From positions 14,319-78,318 of IMG/VR virus record IMGVR_UViG_3300024978_000008: a stretch of DNA of 64,000 bases. One strand, 5' to 3'. Position numbers and translations under genes: made by a program. The DNA comes from a virus. The first letter of the stretch is position 1; every line of letters begins with the position of its first letter. The notes beneath the pieces were generated by a model, which saw only the letters and a program-made list of their open reading frames with translations, was not told the DNA's origin and made no database searches. Shown piece by piece: positions 48,401 to 58,442 of this stretch.

Positions 48401-50637
48401 AAACGCCTATTAAATTTATATCATTATCGTTAAGAAATTTTCAATCATATGGTAATAATAAAACTACAATATCTCTTGATTTTTCAGACCCTACTCTTAT
48501 CATTGGTCGAAATCTTGATGCCATGGTTAATGGTCAAATAGATTCAAATGGTTCAGGTAAAACCACACTCATTAATGCTTTGTCATGGGTATTATACGAT
48601 AAACCCATATCGAAAATATCACAAGATCGGTTAATTAATAATATTAATAAGAAAAATTTGGAAGTAACATTAATCTTCGAAAAAGATGAAAAATATTATA
48701 AAATAATTCGTTATAGAAAAAACAAAACACTTGGCGATAATGGTGCAAAAGTATATCAATCTGATACATTAGATTTTTCTGATAATGATATTGCACGAGA
48801 CAGCATTGCTAACATTAATACACAAATAGAAGAAATTGTTGGAATTCCTTATGATATATTCACCAGAATTGTCATTTATAGTGCACGTAACGAACCATTT
48901 TTTTCATTGCCAGTAACATCAACATCCGGCAAGTCAAATCAATCTGACATTATGGAAGAACTTTGTGGTATTACAGAAATAAGTGCCAAGGGTGAATTAT
49001 TAAATAAAACTCTGAAAGAAGATAAGAAAGAATTAGAATCGCTATTAAGAATTGAAGAACAAATTACACAACAAAAAGAACAATATAAAGACAAATTAAA
49101 GCTATTGGAATCTCGGGTAAAATCATGGGATGAAAATCAATTAGAAAATATAAAAATTGCTTCCAATAAAATTGATGAATATAAAAATATTGATTTTGAT
49201 TTTCAGAGAGAATGTATTAATCATTTTAATAAACTAAACAAATCATTAGAAAAAATTCAAAACACCATTTCTATCAAAACACATGAAGCATCTACATTAA
49301 AATCAAAATTATCGTCTGCTCAAACGTGGCAAGAGAATCATGATAAGGCTATTGAAAAACTTATAGAATCTATTACCACTTATGAAGGAATATCTTTCGA
49401 CAAAGAGTTGGAATATCTAAATCAATATGATGTAATCAACGATGATATAAAAACTTATCGCCAAAGTGTTGAAGAGAAAACCAAAAAAATAGCAGACAAC
49501 AGTAAAAAGATGTCTAAGAATACAACAGAGATAGAACATTTGCAGGATAACAGATGCCCATACTGTTTACAGAAATTTGTTAATGTTCAAGAAAAATTGG
49601 ATAGTCTTGAAAAAGAATCTGGTGATTTATACACACAAAATGTAAATTTGGAAAAAGAAACAAATAAAATTATAAGATTAATTGAAGATTTAAAAGATGA
49701 GAAATCTAAATTGATAGATATGATGAAATATTCGTCTATTACTGAACTCAAAAATGTCGAAAATCAATTTAATGCTTTAACCAAAGAATTAGAAGTTTAT
49801 CAGAATCAATCAAATCCATATGAGGATGTTGACACAAATCAAATAATATCAGAAATAACAAAATATGATGATGAATTGAATAGACTACAAACATCTAAAA
49901 CATCTACAATAGAAAAAATTAACATCGTTAAAGCTGAAATGAAATATACATCGGAAACTTCATTAGCAAACGATTATAATGCTATGTCTAATCTTTTTGA
50001 AAAAATAGAAAAGTTGAAAATAGAAGTAAATCCACATTTAGAAACATTAAATGACATCAATCAAATAAAATTTGATAGTGAAAACTCTAAGAAAATAGAC
50101 AGCCTAGAAGATATTATCTTACATAAAACGTTTCTTTATAAGTTATTGACTAAGAAAGATTCATTCATCCGTAAATCATTATTAAATAGAAGTCTACCAT
50201 ATCTTAACAAACAACTTAAGAAATATTTGAGTGAATTAGGCATGCCACATAAAGTAGAATTCACAGAAGATTTGACCGCTTCTATTAGTCAATTCGGTAA
50301 TGTTTTGGATTTTGATAATTTATCTTCTGGTCAACAAGCCAGAGTTAATTTAGCATTATCGTTCTCTTTTAGAGATGTCTTACAATTACGATATGGAAAA
50401 ATTGGTTTCTGTATTCTTGATGAATGTTTAGATGTCGGATTAGGTTCGGTCGGTGTGCAGATGGCAGCTAAAATGATAAAGAAGATAGCAACATCTGAAA
50501 AATTATCCATGTTCATTATTTCTCATAGAGACGAAATAACTAATCTATTTCCAAATATTATGGAAATAGAGTTAGATAAAGGGTTTTCAAGAATATTAGA
50601 TTCTAAATTATCATCAAGCGCTGTAGAATTAATCTGA
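48397..50637 (+). CDS. gp46: Recombination ATPase subunit (gp46/SbcC/Rad50)
   Basis: NGSGKTT Walker A, coiled coils, CPYC zinc hook, LSSGQ signature, ILDE, ISH. Confidence 0.95.
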   Translation: MKTPIKFISLSLRNFQSYGNNKTTISLDFSDPTLIIGRNLDAMVNGQIDSNGSGKTTLINALSWVLYDKPISKISQDRLINNINKKNLEVTLIFEKDEKYYKIIRYRKNKTLGDNGAKVYQSDTLDFSDNDIARDSIANINTQIEEIVGIPYDIFTRIVIYSARNEPFFSLPVTSTSGKSNQSDIMEELCGITEISAKGELLNKTLKEDKKELESLLRIEEQITQQKEQYKDKLKLLESRVKSWDENQLENIKIASNKIDEYKNIDFDFQRECINHFNKLNKSLEKIQNTISIKTHEASTLKSKLSSAQTWQENHDKAIEKLIESITTYEGISFDKELEYLNQYDVINDDIKTYRQSVEEKTKKIADNSKKMSKNTTEIEHLQDNRCPYCLQKFVNVQEKLDSLEKESGDLYTQNVNLEKETNKIIRLIEDLKDEKSKLIDMMKYSSITELKNVENQFNALTKELEVYQNQSNPYEDVDTNQIISEITKYDDELNRLQTSKTSTIEKINIVKAEMKYTSETSLANDYNAMSNLFEKIEKLKIEVNPHLETLNDINQIKFDSENSKKIDSLEDIILHKTFLYKLLTKKDSFIRKSLLNRSLPYLNKQLKKYLSELGMPHKVEFTEDLTASISQFGNVLDFDNLSSGQQARVNLALSFSFRDVLQLRYGKIGFCILDECLDVGLGSVGVQMAAKMIKKIATSEKLSMFIISHRDEITNLFPNIMEIELDKGFSRILDSKLSSSAVELI

Positions 50638-50650
50638 TTCTACAGCGCTT
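50616..50650. terminator. 14-bp inverted repeat spanning the overlapping stops of gp46 and gp55; probable bidirectional terminator
   Basis: aagcgctgtagaat-taatctg-attctacagcgctt. Confidence 0.6.
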
Positions 50651-51123
50651 TCAGTATTATCCAGATCATTATCAAAAATGGTTTCTTGGACATAATCATT
50701 ACTGGTCATGTTATCACTAAAGTCATCATGTCCATTTCTGTCCAAGAATGAGAATGATGCATTTTCACCATGTGAAATTAATATTTCATCTCTAATATCA
50801 CGTTGCTTTCTTTCGGAATTATCAAACTGGAAGAAAGCATGCTTTATGGTTTGAGTAAAATATGCGAAAGGGTTGTTACTTTTCGTACAATCAAAACCTT
50901 TCCAAACTTTCACTATAGTTAATAGGGCAAAAGATTGCATGTCATCATTATAGGTATAATTAGCAAAACGTCCTTTCATAGCAAACCTATGAGTTAATAA
51001 CATTAACATTTTCGTTAAATTATCAGTCATTTTATTCTGAGCATTACTAATTTCTAATTCTTTTAAAAGGTCTGCATTGTTAATATAATTTTTTTTCTTT
51101 TTGGGTTTAACTTCGGATGCCAT
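50629..51123 (-). CDS. gp55: Late-transcription sigma factor (gp55-like)
   Basis: NYINNADLLKEL, FANYTYNDDMQS.A, FD..KSNNPFAYFTQ.IKHAF...E.KQRDIRD. Confidence 0.9.
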   Translation of the reverse strand: MASEVKPKKKKNYINNADLLKELEISNAQNKMTDNLTKMLMLLTHRFAMKGRFANYTYNDDMQSFALLTIVKVWKGFDCTKSNNPFAYFTQTIKHAFFQFDNSERKQRDIRDEILISHGENASFSFLDRNGHDDFSDNMTSNDYVQETIFDNDLDNTESAVESD

Positions 51124-51245
51124 ATGTTATTACCTTTATATTTTATAACATAAAGAAATTTAACATAAATTAAATAATAATGTCAAGTTATTTTAAAATA
51201 TTTGTCAAGATAAATATCGTATATATTTCGGACACTTAGTTAATT

Positions 51246-54137
51246 ATGGCTATAACACAACAAGATGCACAAATGTTAGCTGATGCTATCGTTAAATCAT
51301 TAAAAGGTAACAGTCAATATCAATCCAGTAATAGTGCTTTTGCTTCATATAAAAGTGATTCCAAACTTGATATTAAACAGTTAGAACAAATCGTAAAAAA
51401 TAATGGTGATATAGCTAAACAATTTGGAACCATGTTAAGAAATCTTACTCAACGTGGTACAGCATTGGAAGGGGTGTATAAAGAATTAGAAAAATTAACT
51501 AGAAATCAATCCGAAACTACACGTAAATCCGCTTTAGCATTTGCTGACCTATTAGAAGTTGTTCGCAAAGGTGCAAAAGGAGCGGGTGACGAATATGATA
51601 AAATGATAGCCACATTAAAGTTCGTCAATGCTACTACTACACAAGTTGTAGCTAATATGAAAGATATGGGAAAAACTTTATCAAATTTTGATGCCTTAAC
51701 AGCTAAATCAGCAAAAATGACAGCTGAAAAAACTGAACGAGAAGCTCAATATATAAAGAAAATAGCTGAAGCTCAAGATGAACTGGATAATGTTAGAAAA
51801 AATAAAAAATCTACAGTAACTGCAAAAACAAATCTAAAAAAAGCACAAGATGATTTTGATGATTTTTTGATATTTCATAGTAAGAATAATAAAATATTAG
51901 ATGAAACTAATAAATCGTTGAATGAGGTATCAGCACAATTTGATAATATTATAGAAACTCTTGAGGATTATAATAAAATTACTGATGTATTGACTGATGA
52001 AGAAATGCAACAAGTCAAAAATATCAAAGCTTTAAATGCTGAACAACGTAAAATATTATTAGATAAAGTCAACACTAAAGTAGGAGAAAGTGCTAAAGGA
52101 TTACATCTTAGTATGAATGGTGCTGCTTCTGGTATAACTAAAAGTGCTGATAAAATGGGTAATGCGTTTTCAAAAGCCGGTGAATATAGCTTAAAATTTG
52201 GTAAATTATTAGTTAACTTAATTCCGGGTCTAGTTTCAGACATGCAATCTAGATTAAGATTTAATGTAAACACCACAGGATATTTGTCAGGCATTGCGCA
52301 TGGATTTTCAGAACAAGAACGTGCAGAGATTATAGGCACTAATCGTATTGGGTTACGAGGTTTAGGCGCAGGTAATGCAGAACTAGGATTCTCTAATACA
52401 AGAGAATTACAGAATACGGCACACATATTTGGTGCTATAGGTGCCGAAGCAATCCAAAAAGCATTAGCATATCAACAAACTGGTATAGGCATGGGCATCA
52501 GTACAAGTAATGCGACTGGTACAATGACTCAAATGAAGTTCATGCACAAATTCTCGGAACAAGTTGGCATGACTGATGATCAGCTAAAAGATTTTTATGA
52601 TAGTTTAACTGCTATGGGCGAAATGTCTAATGAAGTCCAATCATTACAGAATAAATCGGAAGAAGAACGTCAAAAAATTGTTAATAATGAAATAGCACAA
52701 CGTACAAAGTTGAATACTGTTTTGGGTATGAGTATAGAACAACAAAAACAGGCTGCACAAGCTATAGTGAATTCTAAATTTAGTACTATTGAAAGTAGTA
52801 TTAAAGCTCAAGTAAGCATGCAAATGTATATACAACAATTTAATAAGGCTAATCCTAATAATAGAATTGATTCACGGACTGCGAAAATTTTACAAAATAC
52901 TGCTAATGCTGCAGGAACAACTGATCTTGTACAAATGCAAGGAATTATTGGAAAAAATACTGGTTTATCGGAGAGTGAAAGACAAAGAATTGCAAAGACT
53001 TTGACAGATATTTACGTTTCTGACAATAATAGAATTAAATCAGCACAAGATGCATTTATAGCTAGTGGAAACACTACGGGAAGAGCCGCTTCAGCATACC
53101 AGAATCAGCAAGTAGTTACTCAACTTCAAAGTGCTTTGGGAAGTAATAGAGCACAAAATGCTATAGAAGCTACAATAGAAGCTACACGAGCAAAAGCCAT
53201 AGGACCGAACGCCGTAGGAAAGGAATCATTCGATTCAATATGGGGAGCGGCAGAAAAAGTTGGTAATGGTTTATCTAAATTGGATGAAGCTGTATTGCGT
53301 ACTACTGAAGTATTTACAGGATTGAATAAATCATTTGGTGGTGGAGCTTCTGGATTATTGAGTGGAATTGTTTCTAACGCTTTTGGATACCTTGCAGGAA
53401 AAGGAATTATAAAAGTAGGTGGATCAATTCTAGGTAGAGTAGCTGGAGGGACTGCTGGAGCCGCTGCAGAAGGTGGAATGTTAGCTTCAGCAACTTCATT
53501 ATTAAAATTAGCATTACCCGCAATAACGGTAACAGCTGCAGCTGTTGCTGGAACATTAGCAGGTAGATTTATTTACAGTAAAATGGAAAATAATATTACT
53601 GGACGAGTTGCAGGTTTTCAAGTTGCAAGCATAATGGCTGAATTGGGAAATGAAAAAGCACAACAAGCAATAAAACAAGATATAATAAGCGGCCAAGTAC
53701 AAAAAACGGGTGACACTAGACGAGCACAATTAAAAGCTGTAATTGATGCACAGAAATTGGCTGGAACTACACGTTCTGATACTGATATTCAAAAAGCAAT
53801 TGGATTAACTAAACAATACAAATCATTATATAATGTAAACATATCCAGTGAATATGCACATTACTCGGACACGTTGAAAGCAGCTACTTATTCGCCAAAT
53901 CAAGCTATTGCACAATCTGCGAAGGAACAACTGGCTGCTATGAGTAGTAGTGAAACTCAACAACAACAGAATACTAATGCATTATTAAAAGCTACTCAAG
54001 AGACAGCTAATAATACGAAAGTTACTGCTGATAAAGCCAAAGATGATAAAAATAAAGATATGAATAATGCTGCGACAACGGACTCTGCCTATGTTGCCCA
54101 CTTGAGACAACTTGCAGCATCTAATTATAGTTTCTAA
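51246..54137 (+). CDS. Tape-measure-like protein
   Basis: 963 aa, helical Ala/Gln/Gly-rich, hydrophobic Gly/Ala segment near C-terminus; GATAAATA box at 51209-51216. Confidence 0.6.
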   Translation: MAITQQDAQMLADAIVKSLKGNSQYQSSNSAFASYKSDSKLDIKQLEQIVKNNGDIAKQFGTMLRNLTQRGTALEGVYKELEKLTRNQSETTRKSALAFADLLEVVRKGAKGAGDEYDKMIATLKFVNATTTQVVANMKDMGKTLSNFDALTAKSAKMTAEKTEREAQYIKKIAEAQDELDNVRKNKKSTVTAKTNLKKAQDDFDDFLIFHSKNNKILDETNKSLNEVSAQFDNIIETLEDYNKITDVLTDEEMQQVKNIKALNAEQRKILLDKVNTKVGESAKGLHLSMNGAASGITKSADKMGNAFSKAGEYSLKFGKLLVNLIPGLVSDMQSRLRFNVNTTGYLSGIAHGFSEQERAEIIGTNRIGLRGLGAGNAELGFSNTRELQNTAHIFGAIGAEAIQKALAYQQTGIGMGISTSNATGTMTQMKFMHKFSEQVGMTDDQLKDFYDSLTAMGEMSNEVQSLQNKSEEERQKIVNNEIAQRTKLNTVLGMSIEQQKQAAQAIVNSKFSTIESSIKAQVSMQMYIQQFNKANPNNRIDSRTAKILQNTANAAGTTDLVQMQGIIGKNTGLSESERQRIAKTLTDIYVSDNNRIKSAQDAFIASGNTTGRAASAYQNQQVVTQLQSALGSNRAQNAIEATIEATRAKAIGPNAVGKESFDSIWGAAEKVGNGLSKLDEAVLRTTEVFTGLNKSFGGGASGLLSGIVSNAFGYLAGKGIIKVGGSILGRVAGGTAGAAAEGGMLASATSLLKLALPAITVTAAAVAGTLAGRFIYSKMENNITGRVAGFQVASIMAELGNEKAQQAIKQDIISGQVQKTGDTRRAQLKAVIDAQKLAGTTRSDTDIQKAIGLTKQYKSLYNVNISSEYAHYSDTLKAATYSPNQAIAQSAKEQLAAMSSSETQQQQNTNALLKATQETANNTKVTADKAKDDKNKDMNNAATTDSAYVAHLRQLAASNYSF

Positions 54138-54186
54138 CAATACCTCTAAAATTGGATAAATACCATGATGAATAAGAGAACGTAGT

Positions 54187-55923
54187 ATGGAAATACCTGA
54201 TGCGAATCATGGCAAATTAGTAAAATTCTATAAAATAATTACGCCTGAATCTGCACGTACAAGTGTGGAAAGTAGTCAAGATATTCTTGGTGATCATGGC
54301 TTGTATGGTAATTATAGTTGGGTCCATAAACTATTACAAGGTAGCACTGTAAGGTTACAACGTTATCGCGAATTCGATATGATGGATGAAGATACTGATG
54401 TTAATAGAGCATTAGATATCATTACTGAAGAAATTGTAGGTAATAATCCAAAAGCTGAATTACCCATGTCTATAAAGATTACTGCAGGAGAAGAACAACA
54501 AATCTCTAGCAGAGTCCTTGTAACTTTAAATGCAGCATTAAAAACATGGTGCAACATACATCGATGGAATCGAAGATTATTTCATACAGTTCGTAATACC
54601 ATTAAATATGGAGATTCATTCTTTTTCAGAAATAAAAGCGTAAATCTTCCATTTATTTTTTGTCATCCAAAGAATGTTGTGGGGGCCATTGTATTAAAAG
54701 ATGATGTGACAGATGTAAAAGGTTGGCAGATTAGATCAGATTATAAAAAAGCTACACAAAATGTCAATTATACATTAACTTCAACTGCCGAATCATATAA
54801 CATTGAAAACTATTCAACAGCTGAAATTGTTCGATTTGGTTTGCATGATGATATGAGTGATGAAGCTCCTTTCTCACGATCAGTGCTTACTGCTGCATAT
54901 AAAGTTTTTAAACAAAAACAAATGTTGGAAGACTCAATTTTAATCTACAGAATCTCTCGTGCTCCCGAAAAGCGAGTATTTAAGATAGAATTAGGAAATA
55001 CGCCACCACATTTACGTGCTCAAATTCTAGAAAATGCTAAAAATGAAATAAAACAAAGAAAAATCCCATCGTTCAGTGGTGGTGGTAATGGTGAACAAAT
55101 GGATTCAATTTACTCACCGATTTCACAAAATGAAGATTTTTTCTTTTCTATGAAAAATGGTGCCGGTTCCACGGTTGAAACCCTTCCCGGTGGAACATTA
55201 GGCAATGGTGAAGATGCTAACTTACAATACTTTTACCATAAAATGTGGAGAGCATTACGTATTCCACAATCTTATATGGATAATAGTACCGAAGGTGGTT
55301 CAATATTTAATGATGGAAAAGTTGGCATCGCTTATCAACAAGAAATAAAATTTACATTATATATTGAATCTTTACAAGTTCATTTCGAAGATGTATTAGA
55401 TAGAGAGTTTAAAAAATTCTTATTAGATCAAAATATAAATTTCGATCCCACAATATTCAGAGTAGTTTTGCCAGAACCATCGAATTATAAACAATCTCGT
55501 GAAAATGAAATAGACCAAGCTTTGGTAAGTCTTGCTACTAATGCTATGGGTATTGATTGGCTTTCTCGTCGTTTCATTGGAACGAAATATTTACAACTAA
55601 CTAAGAATGAAATGATATTGAATGACCGTATGAAAAGAGAAGAATTGGGTCTTGATCCAAACGGTGGCATCAGAGATATGGCTAAAGTATATTCTCCCGA
55701 AAATGCTGATTCTGGAGGATTTGACGGTGGATTAACTTCAGGTGGTGGTAATCTTGGAACTGATGTCGGTCCTATTGGATTAGGTAATGAACCTGATGAA
55801 GAATTAGGTGGAGAAGAATTTAATGCTGAAGAAGAATTAAATAAACCCGTAGGTAATGAAAATAAATCTACAACTCCTGAAGCTAAACCAAATGAAACGT
55901 CAAAAACACCTGAAAATGTATAA
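54187..55923 (+). CDS. gp20: Portal protein (gp20-like)
   Basis: QRYREFDMMD, LEDSILIYRISRAPEKRVFKIELGN, EDFFF, VETLPGG, ALRIPQSY. Confidence 0.95.
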   Translation: MEIPDANHGKLVKFYKIITPESARTSVESSQDILGDHGLYGNYSWVHKLLQGSTVRLQRYREFDMMDEDTDVNRALDIITEEIVGNNPKAELPMSIKITAGEEQQISSRVLVTLNAALKTWCNIHRWNRRLFHTVRNTIKYGDSFFFRNKSVNLPFIFCHPKNVVGAIVLKDDVTDVKGWQIRSDYKKATQNVNYTLTSTAESYNIENYSTAEIVRFGLHDDMSDEAPFSRSVLTAAYKVFKQKQMLEDSILIYRISRAPEKRVFKIELGNTPPHLRAQILENAKNEIKQRKIPSFSGGGNGEQMDSIYSPISQNEDFFFSMKNGAGSTVETLPGGTLGNGEDANLQYFYHKMWRALRIPQSYMDNSTEGGSIFNDGKVGIAYQQEIKFTLYIESLQVHFEDVLDREFKKFLLDQNINFDPTIFRVVLPEPSNYKQSRENEIDQALVSLATNAMGIDWLSRRFIGTKYLQLTKNEMILNDRMKREELGLDPNGGIRDMAKVYSPENADSGGFDGGLTSGGGNLGTDVGPIGLGNEPDEELGGEEFNAEEELNKPVGNENKSTTPEAKPNETSKTPENV

Positions 55924-55963
55924 TAAATTTAAATACAAATAAATACTAACAATAGGAATTGAG

Positions 55964-56527
55964 ATGAACGCAAAAGAATATTTAAAACAGTTTGTACAAG
56001 CTATAGTCAACGGTAATAACGATGAAGCTAAGGTTGCACACAAACAATATACAGAATTGAAATCTAAAGAAATTTTCAAGAATAATGTCACTGAAGCTAA
56101 ATTGACTCCGGGGTATTCCGATTATGCTATTGATAGAAGCGATGATGGTGATCAAATAACCAACAGGCAGCGTGGAATAAATTATGAAACAGATGATTCT
56201 CCAATGAAATTCGAAGTTTCATTTTTTCACCCTGATAGAGATAATGAAGGACGCGATACAACATATCCAGCCACAGAAATAGATAAAAAATACACTAAAC
56301 AATTTGCGACCATGCGCCAAGCTGAAAAATATCTCAATTCTCCTTATGTATTAGATATGATTAAAAATTATAGAAAAGCAAACCAAAGTATTCGTCCTAG
56401 TGAAAATGATATAGGATCGGTTAACTACAATCCTGAAACTAATTTGGTAGGATATATAAATCAAATTAATTTAACGAAAGCTGGGCAAGCTGATTTTGAT
56501 GAAGTTCAATCGGAAAGATTCTATTGA
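55964..56527 (+). CDS. Prohead core-like protein (gp67-like N-terminus)
   Basis: YLKQFVQAIVNGNNDEAKVA...VTE; between portal and protease; late box at 55938-55945. Confidence 0.55.
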   Translation: MNAKEYLKQFVQAIVNGNNDEAKVAHKQYTELKSKEIFKNNVTEAKLTPGYSDYAIDRSDDGDQITNRQRGINYETDDSPMKFEVSFFHPDRDNEGRDTTYPATEIDKKYTKQFATMRQAEKYLNSPYVLDMIKNYRKANQSIRPSENDIGSVNYNPETNLVGYINQINLTKAGQADFDEVQSERFY

Positions 56528-56811
56528 AAATCCTTGACGTTTTACCATCATTAGATGAAAAATTTGATCCTTCTAACAGAGATTATATCAAAACCACTGT
56601 TCCTGTAAAAAATGTTATAGGTGCTAAGTTACCAAATGCGTTTGATAGCACATATCATAAACCAGTAGTTTATAGAAACGGCGATTCAGTAGATGACGAA
56701 ATCGGTTTAACCTTTGATAGTCACGATTATGACAAGGATGTGAACATATCCAAGGATGGTATCCATTCCAAGAAAAGTAGAAAGAAGAAGTTAGACAATG
56801 AAGATGAATAA
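56524..56811 (+). CDS. Hypothetical head-associated protein
   Basis: TTG start coupled to the previous stop; leader MKILDVLPSLDE. Confidence 0.55.
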   Translation: MKILDVLPSLDEKFDPSNRDYIKTTVPVKNVIGAKLPNAFDSTYHKPVVYRNGDSVDDEIGLTFDSHDYDKDVNISKDGIHSKKSRKKKLDNEDE

Positions 56812-56995
56812 ATGTTTTAAAGATTACATAAATTCTATTAAGGGTTCTCCATATTTTTATTTGGAATCTAATACAGATGATTTCAAAGAAGCTGAAAAGG
56901 AAGCTGGAATAGATAAAACGCAAGATGAAAAAGATGAACAAAATAGCAAGTCTTTATTACAATATTTGCTAAATATTTCAGCTACCCACCAATAA
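56798..56995 (+). CDS. Small hypothetical head-associated protein
   Basis: FKDY...YLE leader, acidic. Confidence 0.5.
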   Translation: MKMNKCFKDYINSIKGSPYFYLESNTDDFKEAEKEAGIDKTQDEKDEQNSKSLLQYLLNISATHQ

Positions 56996-57009
56996 TGAGG
57001 AAATTATAA

Positions 57010-57738
57010 ATGAGTATGAAAAAGTTTTTAGAAGAATTCTTTGACGCGGTTGTTCAAAAGAATGATGAAGCTGCAGCTGCAGCGTTTGATGCATACGCTC
57101 CTGCAAAAGTTGTTGCTATGATTAAAAGCGTTAAAGAAGCCGAATCACCTATTAAATTAAAAGGTGATGATGTCTATGTTAACGGAAAAAAGGTTGGATG
57201 CCTTAAACATGATGTTGATAAAGATGAAAATCTAGAGTTCATCCCAGATCAAGGTAAGAAAGCTAAATTCGCCAAACTTCCCGATTTGTATGCTCATTTG
57301 AGCAAAGAATATAAGTTAACCGAAGCCAAAGAAGAAAAACAACTTTGGGGACTTTATTGTGGCAAAAGAGGTTCTGGTAAACTTGGATTAGAATTTTCAG
57401 GTACTAAGAAAGAATGTGAAGAAGAAAAACATTCTTATAAAGAAGATGATGCAAATAAAGATTACGTTTATAAAATCGTAAGAATTAATGATAATTCTCC
57501 ACAGACTATTAAAGAATCTGTGAAGGACTTTGAATCAGAAGTTCAGAGTCTTGCACCACGCTTAAAACTTAAGAAATTGGATGCATTCACTGATGATGAA
57601 GGTGAAGGTCTTGATGCTGATGGGGACCATGATGGTCCAGAAGATGCTAAAGAATGTGATGAAATTCGTCAGAAGCCTTTGAAGGATTTAATCAAAAAGG
57701 TTAAAGATGGTGGTCGTGAAACTAAGGTGAAAGGTTAA
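57010..57738 (+). CDS. Prohead core-like protein (gp67-like N-terminus)
   Basis: KKFLEEFFDAVVQKNDEAAAAAF...VKE; repeated LTE/IKE sites; directly upstream of the protease. Confidence 0.55.
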   Translation: MSMKKFLEEFFDAVVQKNDEAAAAAFDAYAPAKVVAMIKSVKEAESPIKLKGDDVYVNGKKVGCLKHDVDKDENLEFIPDQGKKAKFAKLPDLYAHLSKEYKLTEAKEEKQLWGLYCGKRGSGKLGLEFSGTKKECEEEKHSYKEDDANKDYVYKIVRINDNSPQTIKESVKDFESEVQSLAPRLKLKKLDAFTDDEGEGLDADGDHDGPEDAKECDEIRQKPLKDLIKKVKDGGRETKVKG

Positions 57739-57743
57739 TAGTA

Positions 57744-58367
57744 ATGGAACTTCTAATTGAAACATATACTGCAGATGAAGCCAATGTTATTACAGAATCG
57801 GTTAATGATGGTAAGGAAATTTATTTAAGTGGTAGATTTTTATCCGGTAATTTAAAAAATCGTAATGGTAGAATTTATCCAGTAAATGAAATTATGCAAG
57901 CTGTTACATCATTGAACGAAGGTATTAACCAACATGGTTCTATTGCTGGTGAATTAGATCACCCTGCTGATAGGTTAACTACTGAACTTAAATATGCTTC
58001 ACATGTTATTACAGAAATCCATATGGACGGTGATAATGCAGTGGGAAAAATGAAAATTATGAACACTCCTAATGGACTTGTAGTGAAGGAACTGATTAGA
58101 AATGGTTTTAGACCTGACGTATCAAGCCGCGGGGCAGGAAATGTAAATCAAGATGGTATTGTTGAAGGATTTATTATTCAAACAATTGACATTGTAAATC
58201 AAGCATCTGGCATTGGATGTAGTCCGATATCAGTTTATGAAGCAATTCAAGATAATAAATTTGGTCGCAGATCAATATCGTTAGCCGAAGCATTACTTGA
58301 AGATAAAGATGCTCAGAAATACTTCATTGTTGAGGTTAAAAAATTTATGAATTCTTTAAAATTTTAA
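57744..58367 (+). CDS. gp21: Prohead core protease (gp21-like, S77)
   Basis: KNRNGRIYP, GELDHP, SHVIT, GKMKIMNTPNG, VSSRGAG, TIDIV..AS. Confidence 0.95.
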   Translation: MELLIETYTADEANVITESVNDGKEIYLSGRFLSGNLKNRNGRIYPVNEIMQAVTSLNEGINQHGSIAGELDHPADRLTTELKYASHVITEIHMDGDNAVGKMKIMNTPNGLVVKELIRNGFRPDVSSRGAGNVNQDGIVEGFIIQTIDIVNQASGIGCSPISVYEAIQDNKFGRRSISLAEALLEDKDAQKYFIVEVKKFMNSLKF

Positions 58368-58393
58368 AATGATATTTTAAAAAATTGATCTAT

Positions 58394-58431
58394 AATAAAA
58401 AATGCTCTATAATTATAGAGCATTTTTTATT
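58394..58431 (+). terminator. Perfect 38-bp palindrome, terminator after the protease gene
   Basis: aataaaaaatgctctataa/ttatagagcattttttatt. Confidence 0.75.
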
Positions 58432-58442
58432 GGATAATTTAT

